NCBI GenBank assembly: GCA_019075925.1
Contig: JAGXAC010000001.1
Coordinates: forward strand, 2,205 to 66,204
DNA: 64,000 nt
Direction: 5' to 3'
From: Hyphomicrobiales bacterium
GTDB taxonomy: Bacteria > Pseudomonadota > Alphaproteobacteria > Rhizobiales > Xanthobacteraceae
Shown: piece by piece, positions 29,581 through 38,450 of the stretch
Position numbering within the stretch: position 1 is the first letter of the stretch
Layout: each line of letters opens with the position of its first letter
Program-made: the position numbers and the translations under genes
Notes under the pieces: model-generated
Database searches by the model: none
What the model was told of the DNA's origin: nothing
What the model saw: the letters and a program-made list of their open reading frames with translations, nothing else

Positions 29581-31824
29581 GTGACCGATCTGTTCCCCGA
29601 GCCCCGCGAAAGCTGGCAGGTCAGGCTTAGACGGCAGCTGCTTGACCTCGACGCACGGATCGACTTTGCGGTTTTTCTGAGCGGCAAGTGGGCGCGAGAA
29701 ATCTATGAGCGATTTACCGCGGTTATGGACCGCTTCCACGTCGCCGGCTGGCGGCGCTGGCTGATCGTCGAACCGCTTTCGGAAGCCGCAACTTGGGGCA
29801 CCGTCGGTCTGCTCCTGCTGTTGGCGCTTGCGGTACCTGCTTTCCACGAGACCTCGGACGATGATTGGCTGAAAAAGTCCGAGCTCGCCGTCACCTTCCT
29901 CGATCGTTACGGCAACGAGATCGGCAACCGCGGTATCAAACACAACGACTCGGTGCCGCTGGAAGAAATGCCGGACCACCTGATCAAGGCGGTGCTGGCG
30001 ACGGAGGACCGGCGCTTCTACGAGCATTTCGGTATCGATTTCTATGGCACGTTTCGTGCGCTGGTGACCAACGCGCGAGCCGGCGGCGTCGTGCAGGGCG
30101 GCTCCACGATCACGCAGCAGCTGGCGAAAAACCTGTTTCTTTCGAACGAGCGAACCATCGAGCGCAAAGTCAATGAGGCGTTTCTTGCGCTGTGGCTGGA
30201 AACCCGGCTGACCAAGAATGAGATTCTCAAGCTTTACCTCGACCGCGCCTATCTCGGCGGCGGCGCATTCGGCGTCGATGGAGCGGCGCAATACTATTTC
30301 GGCAAATCGGTCCGCGACGTGACGCTGCCGGAAGCCGCGATGCTGGCCGGACTGTTCAAGGCGCCGAGCCGCTTCTCGCCGCTTGCCAACCTGCCGGCGG
30401 CACGCGCCCGCGCCAACGTCGTGCTCGACAATCTGGTGGACGCCGGATTTATGACCGAGGGTCAAGTCTACGGGGCCCGCCGGAATCCGGCAACGCCCAT
30501 CGACCGGCGCGAGGAAGATGCGCCGAATTATTATCTCGATTGGGCGTTCGACGAGATGAAAAAGCTGGTCGAGACCTTCCCAAAGTCGGTCACCGAACGC
30601 TATTTCGTCGTGCGCACCGCGCTCGACAGCAATTTGCAGCACTATGCCGACCGCGAAGTTGAATCGGCGCTTCGTCAATACGGGCACGATTACGGTGCCG
30701 GTCAGGCGGCGGTGGTCATTGCCGATCTCGACGGCGCGGTACGCGCCATGGTCGGCGGCCGCGACTACGGCGCGAGTCAATTCAACCGCGCCGTTGATGC
30801 GTTGCGCCAGCCAGGTTCATCGTTCAAGCCTTATGTCTACGCGACAGCGCTTGCCAACGGCTTTACGCCGCAATCCGTCGTCGTCGACTCACCGGTCTGT
30901 ATCGGCAATTGGTGTCCGCACAACTATTCCGGCGGTTATTCCGGCCCGGTGACGCTGACGCAGGCAATCACCAATTCCATCAATATCATTCCGGCAAAGC
31001 TTTCGATCGCGCTTGGGAACGGCAACCCCAAGCTCGGCCGCGCAAAAATCGTGCAGACTGCGCGCAATCTTGGAGTTTATACGCCGCTTCCCGATACCCC
31101 CTCGCTGCCGATCGGCGCCGACGCGATGAACGTGTTGGAGCACGCGGTGGCCTACGCCACCTTTCCCAACCTCGGCAAGGCGGTCACTCCGCATGCCGTA
31201 CTCGAGGTGCGCACCGGCGCCGGCGAGGTGGTGTGGCGATTCGATCGCGACGGTAAACGTCCCGAACAGGTGCTCTCGCCGCAGGTGGCGCTCGAAATGG
31301 TCGGCATGATGAATTCGGTCGTGATGAACGGCACCGGCCGTCGCGCCCAACTCGACGGCATTCAAGCAGCTGGCAAGACCGGTACGACCAATTCCTATCG
31401 CGATGCATGGTTCGTCGGTTACACCGGCAATTTCACCGGCGCGGTGTGGATGGGCAACGACGATTATTCGCCGACCAAACGGATGACCGGCGGTAGCGTC
31501 CCGGCAATGATATGGCACAACATCATGGCCTACGCGCATCAGGGCATTGAACTGAGGCCCCTGCCCGGCCTGCCGCCGCCGGTTCACGCGCCCACGGTCG
31601 CCAATGCCGCCCTACAAGGCGCGCCACCGCCGCCGCAGATCCTGCTGACGCGCAAAGCCACCGAAGCGCTCATCCACGCCGAACATCTCCTCGACGACGC
31701 CAGTCGTGCGCTTTCGGCCCAAGAAGCGGGTGGAACGTTCGGCGCGCTTGACCGCCAAACGCATAACGGCACGCAAACGGCAGCCACCGAACTAAAATCT
31801 GCCAATGTTTCCCGCGGCAACTGA
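29581..31824 (+). CDS. Class A penicillin-binding protein (glycosyltransferase + transpeptidase, PBP1A family)
   Basis: 747 aa with GT51 motifs EDRRFYEHFGID and GGSTITQQLAKN, and transpeptidase motifs SSFKP, SIN and KTGT. GTG start. Confidence 0.9.
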   Translation: MTDLFPEPRESWQVRLRRQLLDLDARIDFAVFLSGKWAREIYERFTAVMDRFHVAGWRRWLIVEPLSEAATWGTVGLLLLLALAVPAFHETSDDDWLKKSELAVTFLDRYGNEIGNRGIKHNDSVPLEEMPDHLIKAVLATEDRRFYEHFGIDFYGTFRALVTNARAGGVVQGGSTITQQLAKNLFLSNERTIERKVNEAFLALWLETRLTKNEILKLYLDRAYLGGGAFGVDGAAQYYFGKSVRDVTLPEAAMLAGLFKAPSRFSPLANLPAARARANVVLDNLVDAGFMTEGQVYGARRNPATPIDRREEDAPNYYLDWAFDEMKKLVETFPKSVTERYFVVRTALDSNLQHYADREVESALRQYGHDYGAGQAAVVIADLDGAVRAMVGGRDYGASQFNRAVDALRQPGSSFKPYVYATALANGFTPQSVVVDSPVCIGNWCPHNYSGGYSGPVTLTQAITNSINIIPAKLSIALGNGNPKLGRAKIVQTARNLGVYTPLPDTPSLPIGADAMNVLEHAVAYATFPNLGKAVTPHAVLEVRTGAGEVVWRFDRDGKRPEQVLSPQVALEMVGMMNSVVMNGTGRRAQLDGIQAAGKTGTTNSYRDAWFVGYTGNFTGAVWMGNDDYSPTKRMTGGSVPAMIWHNIMAYAHQGIELRPLPGLPPPVHAPTVANAALQGAPPPPQILLTRKATEALIHAEHLLDDASRALSAQEAGGTFGALDRQTHNGTQTAATELKSANVSRGN

Positions 31825-31826
31825 CC

Positions 31827-32405
31827 GTGCGCCTTTTCCTCGGATCGTGCTTCACCTTGATCCTCGCCGCCGCCATCGGCCTCGGCGCGACCTGGCTGAC
31901 GGTAACCCGTGGCATCGCCTTCGGGTCGCTGACCATCGGTGCCTGGACGGCATGGCCGAAAAGCGGTTCGATTGACATCGATCCCTATGCGCGCGCCGCC
32001 ATCGCCCGTACCGGCGACTTGCCGGTCGGAGTCGGCGATGGCGTCGCCTTCTATGCTCGCACCGATGACGCGAGAAACATACTTGACGGACGTTGTACCT
32101 TCATCATCAGCGGCATCACCCCGGCCGCGCGTTTCTGGACGCTCACGCTGTACGATGCGCAGGGGCGGCTCGTGGCCAACGCGCTCGATCGCCATGGCTT
32201 TACCAGCGCCGAAATCCTGCGCGAGTCCGACGGCCACTTCGCCATCAGCGTCGGTCCGCGGGCCCGTCCGGGAAATTGGCTGCCAAGCGGGGGGATTGAG
32301 CAATTCGTGCTGGTTTGGCGCCTCTACGATACGCCGATCGGCGTCGCGTCACTGACGACAAAGGAAGGTCCGATGCCGGCTGTCGTGCGAAAGGGCTGCG
32401 CATGA
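31827..32405 (+). CDS. DUF1214 domain protein
   Basis: 192 aa with an N-terminal TM/signal. FWTLTLYD...NWLP pattern. GTG lies 2 nt after the PBP stop. Confidence 0.7.
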   Translation: MRLFLGSCFTLILAAAIGLGATWLTVTRGIAFGSLTIGAWTAWPKSGSIDIDPYARAAIARTGDLPVGVGDGVAFYARTDDARNILDGRCTFIISGITPAARFWTLTLYDAQGRLVANALDRHGFTSAEILRESDGHFAISVGPRARPGNWLPSGGIEQFVLVWRLYDTPIGVASLTTKEGPMPAVVRKGCA

Positions 32406-32959
32406 TGCGGCTTCCGCTGTGGATTTTAGGCGCGCTTCTTCTCGGCGGCATCGTGCACCTGTCGACGGTGCTGGCAATGCCGCAGGCAGCGACCCAAGAT
32501 GCGTATTCGCGCCTCGAACGTATATCGCCGGTCAACGCGGTGACGCAGCTGCCGGCGCCGACCGCGCAGAATGCGACAATGCCGTTCATGGACCCGGCTT
32601 TTGCTGTCGCTGTCTGCCGCTACGATCTTTCGGCGGGCGCGCTCAAGCTACGCGCGCCATTAAGTCAGGCCTATACCGCGATCACTTTCTATACCCGCAA
32701 CAGTGTCGCTTATTATGCGATCAACGACCGCGCCGCTGGACGCCGCGTTATCGAACTTGACTTGATGACGCCGGAGCAGCACGCGCAGGTTCCCGAAGAA
32801 GAGGATGTTACCGCCGCCGATCGGTTGATCATTGAATCGCCGACACGGCGCGGCTTGATCGTACTGCGCGCTTTGGCCCCGGAACCGGGGCTGATGCCGA
32901 TGGTGCGTCAGGCGCTAGCCGCCGCACAGTGCCACACCGAGCCGGTACCGCAGCAATAG
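32402..32959 (+). CDS. DUF1254-like membrane-anchored protein
   Basis: The ATG at 32402 overlaps the preceding TGA (ATGA). N-terminus MMRLPLWILGALLLGGIVHL. 185 aa. Confidence 0.65.
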   Translation: MMRLPLWILGALLLGGIVHLSTVLAMPQAATQDAYSRLERISPVNAVTQLPAPTAQNATMPFMDPAFAVAVCRYDLSAGALKLRAPLSQAYTAITFYTRNSVAYYAINDRAAGRRVIELDLMTPEQHAQVPEEEDVTAADRLIIESPTRRGLIVLRALAPEPGLMPMVRQALAAAQCHTEPVPQQ

Positions 32960-32960
32960 T

Positions 32961-33734
32961 CTATTTGACGATTTCGGCAGGAGCCGGCACGGCAGCCGCG
33001 AGGTGCGGTAACGCGACAAGTTTGTTGCCCGCAACCGCCTGCTGTAGTTGGGCGAGCGCAATATCGGCTTCGGCAGCGGCATTCTCCGGCTCGGAAATAG
33101 CCAGATGATCGAGCGCGAAACGATAGCCGGCACAGCGCTGCGCGAGCGATTCCTGAACCCAGGCGATGGTGAAGGTATTTTCTCCGACGCGCGCCAATGC
33201 GCCCGCTCTGTCAGCCGGCGTAAGGTCGGAAAGGTATTGCATGCTCGCGGTGCGTTTGCGGTCCAGCTCGATGACGCGATGCGCGAGATCGAAGAAAGGC
33301 GGCACCCGCACCGAGTCGTTACGGATGTCATCGATCAATTTGTTGTAACGTCCGGCCGTCGATCGATAATTCGCCGCCAGCAGATGTTTGTAATACGCGG
33401 TCGGATCCGGTCGCCACAAATCGCGCTGAAATTTATGCGCGATGCCATATTCATAGATGAGCGCGTCCCATCGGATACGGTCGTAAGGCGGCTCGATCAG
33501 CGGAAAAGCCAGATCGCGCAACGCTCGTTCGTCATCGGTCAGATTATCGACCGAGATAGGCGCGCCGGCGCGCGTGGCGGCCTCCTGGCCGACCCAAGCA
33601 TGGATGTTGTCGGAAACGTACGGTTGCTGCAGACGGCCCAGGTCGCCAATGCTCGAACACCCCGGCAGTGCCAGCAGCACGAGAACAATGGCGGCCAGTC
33701 CGCTATCTCGACGGCAACGGACCCCCGACCACAT
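32961..33734 (-). CDS. Hypothetical lipoprotein (257 aa)
   Basis: Lipobox LVLLALPGC. Its ATG lies 9 nt after the stop of the upstream 63-aa ORF. Confidence 0.65.
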   Translation of the reverse strand: MWSGVRCRRDSGLAAIVLVLLALPGCSSIGDLGRLQQPYVSDNIHAWVGQEAATRAGAPISVDNLTDDERALRDLAFPLIEPPYDRIRWDALIYEYGIAHKFQRDLWRPDPTAYYKHLLAANYRSTAGRYNKLIDDIRNDSVRVPPFFDLAHRVIELDRKRTASMQYLSDLTPADRAGALARVGENTFTIAWVQESLAQRCAGYRFALDHLAISEPENAAAEADIALAQLQQAVAGNKLVALPHLAAAVPAPAEIVK

Positions 33735-33743
33735 CGGCGCGCC

Positions 33744-33935
33744 TTAGCGCCGTCTCAGGCGTCGGCGACTGCCATTCTCAGCCGGCGGATGAGTCTGCGG
33801 TTCGGCCTCCAGTTCGTCATGCCGCTCGATGCGGACAACGGGAAGGATGATGACGGTCGCGGATTCTTCCGCCCCATCGCCACGACCAAAGCGCACAATA
33901 CGCCCCTCGTCGGGGAATTTGACAACGGTGCCCAT
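33744..33935 (-). CDS. Small hypothetical protein (63 aa, Arg-rich C-terminus)
   Basis: MGTVVKFPDEGRIVRF...VIILPVVRIERHDE...RRRLRRR. Coding-like codon bias and tightly linked to the lipoprotein gene, but no obvious SD. Confidence 0.45.
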   Translation of the reverse strand: MGTVVKFPDEGRIVRFGRGDGAEESATVIILPVVRIERHDELEAEPQTHPPAENGSRRRLRRR

Positions 33936-34032
33936 TTAGCGGCCCAGCGGTGGTCCGCTGCCTGCCGGCAGCGGATGCCCTCATTCCGGTGCCGACAGCA
34001 CCGGTGTCGATTCCAGTAAGCGGCATGCAGGG

Positions 34033-34048
34033 TTAACGGTCTGCTAAC
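34033..34048 (+). promoter_or_regulatory. Near-consensus CtrA-type box TTAAC-N6-CTAAC
   Basis: TTAACGGTCTGCTAAC read directly. It has one mismatch to TTAA-N7-TTAAC and lies in the divergent spacer between the 63-aa ORF and the DUF2336 gene. Confidence 0.25.
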
Positions 34049-34069
34049 GACGGCGACCTAAGACTGGCA

Positions 34070-35119
34070 ATGCCGCCCCCGGGGGATGGCACGCCGGGTG
34101 TTTGGTCGAGTTCATCTGCAATGCGGCTCAAGGACATCTTCGGTCTGCAAGGCCTCTCCGAACTGGGTGCACGCGGAGGCGCCGATATGCGTGCGACCCT
34201 TCTGCGGGTCCTCACCGATCTTTACGTTCACCGGCTTAGCCACACGCCAGCGGAACAGCGCCAATACACCGAACTCGCGCTACGGCTGCTGGAGGCGGCG
34301 GATCGTACGACCCGGATTGTCGTCGCACGGCGTTTTGCGCACTATCCGTCGCCGCCGTTACGCGTCTTGCAACGCCTTGCCGGCGACGTGCCGGAAGTCG
34401 CCGCCGAGTTGCGTATGCACCCGCTGCTGCAGCCGCCGGCCGTCCCGGCCGACCCGCTCGTATCCGATACCGCAACGGCACCGCCCGCCGGCAACAACCT
34501 CGCTGAGCGGGGCGAAAGGATCATGGAGACCGGACATCCGATCGACCGCACCATCGCCGTGGAACTCAACGATCAGTTTTTCGCCGCAACGTCGGAAGAA
34601 CGCCGCCTCATATTGCTCAACCTTCCCGTCGTTGCCCCCATCGCAGATTACGGCGACGTCTCCCACGACCCGGCGCTCGAACAGCGGCTCCAAGCCGCGG
34701 CGCTCACCGGAAACCGGGAGGATTTCGCCACCCAACTGGCGCGCTCTTTGCGCATTCCACGCGAACAGGCGCGCAGGATTACGCGCGACGGTTTGGGTGA
34801 GCCGGTCATCGTAGCGGCAAAGACGCTTCGGATGCCGCGTGAAGTACTTTACCGCGTTTTGATGTTTCTCAATCCCGCCGTTGGAAATTCGGTCGAGCGT
34901 GTTCATGCGCTGGCTGCGCTTTATGATGAAATATCGGAGCCGGCGGCAGCCGGGATGCTTTCGGTCTGGCAGGCTTTGCAACCGCGTGCGCGACAAAGCG
35001 GCAAACATCAGCCGCTGGCGTATGACGACGAAACCCGCCGATACGCACGCCCCTCGACGACGACGACAAGGTGGACGTCCGCACTTACCCGCTTCACGCA
35101 ACGCCGAAACGCTTCCTGA
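34070..35119 (+). CDS. DUF2336 domain protein
   Basis: 349-aa ORF with ...LLRVLTDLYVH... and HEAT-like helical repeats. Alternative ATG starts at 34121 and 34190. Confidence 0.7.
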   Translation: MPPPGDGTPGVWSSSSAMRLKDIFGLQGLSELGARGGADMRATLLRVLTDLYVHRLSHTPAEQRQYTELALRLLEAADRTTRIVVARRFAHYPSPPLRVLQRLAGDVPEVAAELRMHPLLQPPAVPADPLVSDTATAPPAGNNLAERGERIMETGHPIDRTIAVELNDQFFAATSEERRLILLNLPVVAPIADYGDVSHDPALEQRLQAAALTGNREDFATQLARSLRIPREQARRITRDGLGEPVIVAAKTLRMPREVLYRVLMFLNPAVGNSVERVHALAALYDEISEPAAAGMLSVWQALQPRARQSGKHQPLAYDDETRRYARPSTTTTRWTSALTRFTQRRNAS

Positions 35120-35126
35120 TGGGTCT

Positions 35127-35474
35127 CTAGCCGGCGATCAGGTCCAGCAAATTCCGGCCGGCTTTATCTTCGACTTCGACGATCCAGAGATCCGGGTCAA
35201 ATTTTATCTGCCGCTCGAGATACGCTTCGACGTCGGCGTCGGGCGTCGAGCGGTTGGCCAGGCTTTGGGCAAACACCCGGCCACCCGACGGCACGGCATC
35301 CAACACACTTTGCGGCGCAGGCCCGAACAGATCGGAGGTGCCGTCGAGCCTTGAGACGCGGACAAAAACCGCGCCGGCTTCTTCGGCGCCCCGTCGGCGA
35401 ACGACCGCAAACAGGCCTTCGACCTGGCAGCGCCGCAGATAGGCGGCAACCCAAAGTGCGGTTTTCAGGCGCAT
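35127..35474 (-). CDS. DUF1491 family protein
   Basis: 115 aa, MRLKTALWVAAYLRRCQVEG...VFVRV..., typical of the alphaproteobacterial DUF1491 family. Confidence 0.75.
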   Translation of the reverse strand: MRLKTALWVAAYLRRCQVEGLFAVVRRRGAEEAGAVFVRVSRLDGTSDLFGPAPQSVLDAVPSGGRVFAQSLANRSTPDADVEAYLERQIKFDPDLWIVEVEDKAGRNLLDLIAG

Positions 35475-35549
35475 CGCGGCTCGCTTGGTGTCCGGAGCGA
35501 GATATGACTCGGTCCGGGCGACGCCGTAAATAAGCTTTGTGCCGCCGAG

Positions 35550-36122
35550 CTACTCGACCGGATGCCCGATCATGGCGGCGAGTTCGGCCATCAAGCGGTC
35601 GGAAACCCGGCCGGTGACCGGCATTTTATGCTCGCTCTCGAATTTCTCGATTGCCGAACGAGTCGGTTCGTCGACAATCCCCGACGCCCTCATCTGACCG
35701 TAGCCGAACGAGGAGAGAACTCGCTGCACCGCACTAACGCGAGCTGATGGCGTGCTGACCTGCGTTCCGATGAGGTCTGCGATCGGGTCGTGGCGCCGCG
35801 CCGAAACGGCTTGGACGGCGCGTTGCGGCACTGTCGGCCGCATGGCGACGGTTTCTGCCGGCTTGAGCGTTGAAACCGAAATGGTGGGATTTTCGCCGGA
35901 GTGCCGTTTACTCGGGGCATCGACGAACGGCGCAGGATGCGCGTAGCTCTGTAGAAAGACAGCATTGACGATGATCACGACACTGGCGGCAAGAGCAGCA
36001 AGAATGGTGAAAAAATCGACCGGCCGTTGCGCGATGCGTCCGTATAAATACGGCAGCACCGTCGCCAGGACGCCACTCGAACGCGCGGCGGCACGCCGGC
36101 GGCTGGTACGACGGTCACGCAC
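35550..36122 (-). CDS. Membrane-anchored peptidoglycan-binding (PG_binding_1) domain protein
   Basis: 190 aa: an Arg-rich N-terminus, one TM (FFTILAALAASVVIIVNAVFL) and a C-terminal motif VQRVLSSFGYG...GIVDEPTRSAIEKFE...LPVTG-like. The GTG start overlaps the upstream kinase stop by 8 nt. Confidence 0.75.
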   Translation of the reverse strand: MRDRRTSRRRAAARSSGVLATVLPYLYGRIAQRPVDFFTILAALAASVVIIVNAVFLQSYAHPAPFVDAPSKRHSGENPTISVSTLKPAETVAMRPTVPQRAVQAVSARRHDPIADLIGTQVSTPSARVSAVQRVLSSFGYGQMRASGIVDEPTRSAIEKFESEHKMPVTGRVSDRLMAELAAMIGHPVE

Positions 36123-37992
36123 TTTTCTTCACCCTGCCGTCACAGTGCGCGGCCTCGTTTTCTTCGCGGTCGCCTCCGAAACTCGATGGCCGGGACGGCG
36201 TCTTCACGGGCGTCGGCAAATACCGCATCACCTCAATCGGAATCTCTTGCCGCCGGCCGTCCGGCCTCGCGCGTTCGCAGTCAAGCGGCAGCCTGACACT
36301 GACCCGGGTCCCAGTACCGACGCGACTGCGGATGTCGATCTCGCCGCCATGCAACCGCACCAGACCCTTGACGATGGACAATCCAAGCCCGGTTCCACCG
36401 TGGCGCCGGTCGTACGATGCGCCCGCCTGAAAATACGGTTCGCCGACGCGTGCGAGGTCTTCGTCATTGATACCGACGCCATTGTCCTCGACAGTAAATG
36501 TGACACAGCCGGCGTCGGCGCGTGCACCGACCGTGACTTTACCGCCGCGGTCGCTGAAGCGGATCGCGTTCGAGATGAGATTGAGCAATATCTGATTGAG
36601 CGCGCGCCGGTCGGCGACCATGTCGGGAAGGCCGTTGGTCGGCAATTTTTCCAGCGCAACGCCCGCCTCGCTTGCGCGCAGCGCCAGCATATTGCAGCAA
36701 CTGGCGATCGCCGCCGCAGGAGCAAATGGCTCCGGCGTGATCTCGAAGTTCCCAGTTTCGATTTTCGACATGTCCAGTATGCCGTTGATAACGGCGAGCA
36801 GGTGGTTGCCGGAGTCGTTGATCAGGCCGGCGTATTCGTTTCGCCGCTGGGGATCTAGCGCGAGAGCCGCTTCTTTCATCAGCATCCCGGAAAAACCGAT
36901 GATGGCGTTCAGCGGCGTCCGTAGTTCGTGACTCATTGTGGCAAGGAAGCGGCTCTTTGCGGCGTTGGCTCGCTCGGCTTCTGCGCGCGCCTGCCCCAGC
37001 GCTTCTTCTTGGCGTTTTCTTTCGGTGACGTCGCGCAACACGGCGACGATTTCGCGACGATCTTGACCGGCGGCTTCAAAGTGCTCGAGCGGCCGGCAAC
37101 GCATCTCGACCCAGACAAATTGCGCCATCGGGCGGCCTTCACCGGCATCGCGCCGCACCCGGAATTCAACCGATCGGCTCTCGCCCAGCGCCGCGGTATC
37201 CCCGAGCGCAGTTAAATAGGCCGGGCGGTCGGCGACGTGGACCCGATTGAATAAGCCTTGCCCATGCAGTTCGCCGATGGTGCAGCCGAACAAGGGCTGC
37301 GCAGCCGGTGAAACGAAGAGCAAGGCACCGTCTCGGCCGTAGCGCGTGATCACGTCGGTCATGTTGCGCGCCAGCAACCGGTAGCGGTCTTCTTCGGCAT
37401 AAAGGAGCCAGAAGCTTGCTCGCGTCAGCGCTTCCGTACCCAGCGCCAGACCGGCCGCGTACAGGCAGGCCGATACAATCCCGAGAGTGGCGAGTGCGGC
37501 ATGCCCGCTCGCCGTCGGGAGTGGCAGGAGACCAAGCCCGCTCACCAGCGCCATGACGCCGGCGGCGGCGAGCGCAAAGGTCGACGCCAACGCAACGACA
37601 CGGCGCGACGCCGAAAGCGATGCTTCAAGGGGAACCACCACAAGCCAGATGGCCGCAAACGAGGCAATGCCGCCGGTGGACACGGCAACCGCAGTCACCA
37701 GCCCGGTCAGGGCGAGCGAAGATAGGATATGCGCGCTTTCGTAACGTCCGGTACGCGAGAGAAAATAAGCAACGAGAATTGGCACCGCGAGCCAGAAGAA
37801 CACCACAAGCTCAAGCACGCTCGGGGCACCTCGCACAATCAGATAAATCGGAAAGGCCGCCAAAGCGACCACGCCGCCGAGCAGACGCGGCGCAATAAAT
37901 GCCCGGTGGCGCGCGGCGGTCAGCGCATCCTGTTGCGCGGACGGATGCACCAGCGACTCAACATGGACGCGAACCGGCGCGAAGAGGCCCAC
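36115..37992 (-). CDS. Polytopic PAS sensor histidine kinase, DivJ-like architecture
   Basis: 625 aa with about six N-terminal TM segments, one PAS, the H-box FLATMSHELRTPLNAIIGFSGML and the G-boxes DNGVGI and GTGLGLSI. GTG start. Linkage to mucR resembles my recollection of divJ-mucR in Sinorhizobium. Confidence 0.85.
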   Translation of the reverse strand: MGLFAPVRVHVESLVHPSAQQDALTAARHRAFIAPRLLGGVVALAAFPIYLIVRGAPSVLELVVFFWLAVPILVAYFLSRTGRYESAHILSSLALTGLVTAVAVSTGGIASFAAIWLVVVPLEASLSASRRVVALASTFALAAAGVMALVSGLGLLPLPTASGHAALATLGIVSACLYAAGLALGTEALTRASFWLLYAEEDRYRLLARNMTDVITRYGRDGALLFVSPAAQPLFGCTIGELHGQGLFNRVHVADRPAYLTALGDTAALGESRSVEFRVRRDAGEGRPMAQFVWVEMRCRPLEHFEAAGQDRREIVAVLRDVTERKRQEEALGQARAEAERANAAKSRFLATMSHELRTPLNAIIGFSGMLMKEAALALDPQRRNEYAGLINDSGNHLLAVINGILDMSKIETGNFEITPEPFAPAAAIASCCNMLALRASEAGVALEKLPTNGLPDMVADRRALNQILLNLISNAIRFSDRGGKVTVGARADAGCVTFTVEDNGVGINDEDLARVGEPYFQAGASYDRRHGGTGLGLSIVKGLVRLHGGEIDIRSRVGTGTRVSVRLPLDCERARPDGRRQEIPIEVMRYLPTPVKTPSRPSSFGGDREENEAAHCDGRVKKSA

Positions 37993-38064
37993 AGTCCCAA
38001 TTGCACGCCCGGCTTTGCAGACGCGCTCCCCATTTTTCTATCATCGGATCGTCTCAAACGCGGC

Positions 38065-38079
38065 TTAAGCGAACACTAA
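38065..38079. promoter_or_regulatory. Weak CtrA-type box TTAA-N7-CTAA upstream of the DivJ-like kinase
   Basis: TTAAGCGAACACTAA read directly, 73 bp from the kinase start codon. Confidence 0.2.
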
Positions 38080-38450
38080 AACGCCGCGCGCCCGGGGGTC
38101 GTGCACCTGCCGGCAACGCATATGACGCGGGCGCAAATGCCGGATTCCACCGTCATGGTGAACGGCTCGTTGACTTGGGGTCCGCTTTGCCGGCCGCCTT
38201 CGTCGCTCGGCATTGAGTGATCGTCTGCCCCGAAGGGCGCGCCGGGGCCGGCCAAAACGGCGGCATGCGCAAGCCCGCGCATTCGCTCAAATTATAGCTA
38301 AATTTTATTGTTTCGAATTGCGTGAAAATTTGCCGATTATTCTGTTCGATTACGCGCAAAAACGTCCCGGTACCGCCAACGCGGTCTTCAATGCAGCCCG
38401 CTATGTTCGGCTCACAAGCGGCAATGCAGGCCGCCGGGGAAGCGGGCTTT

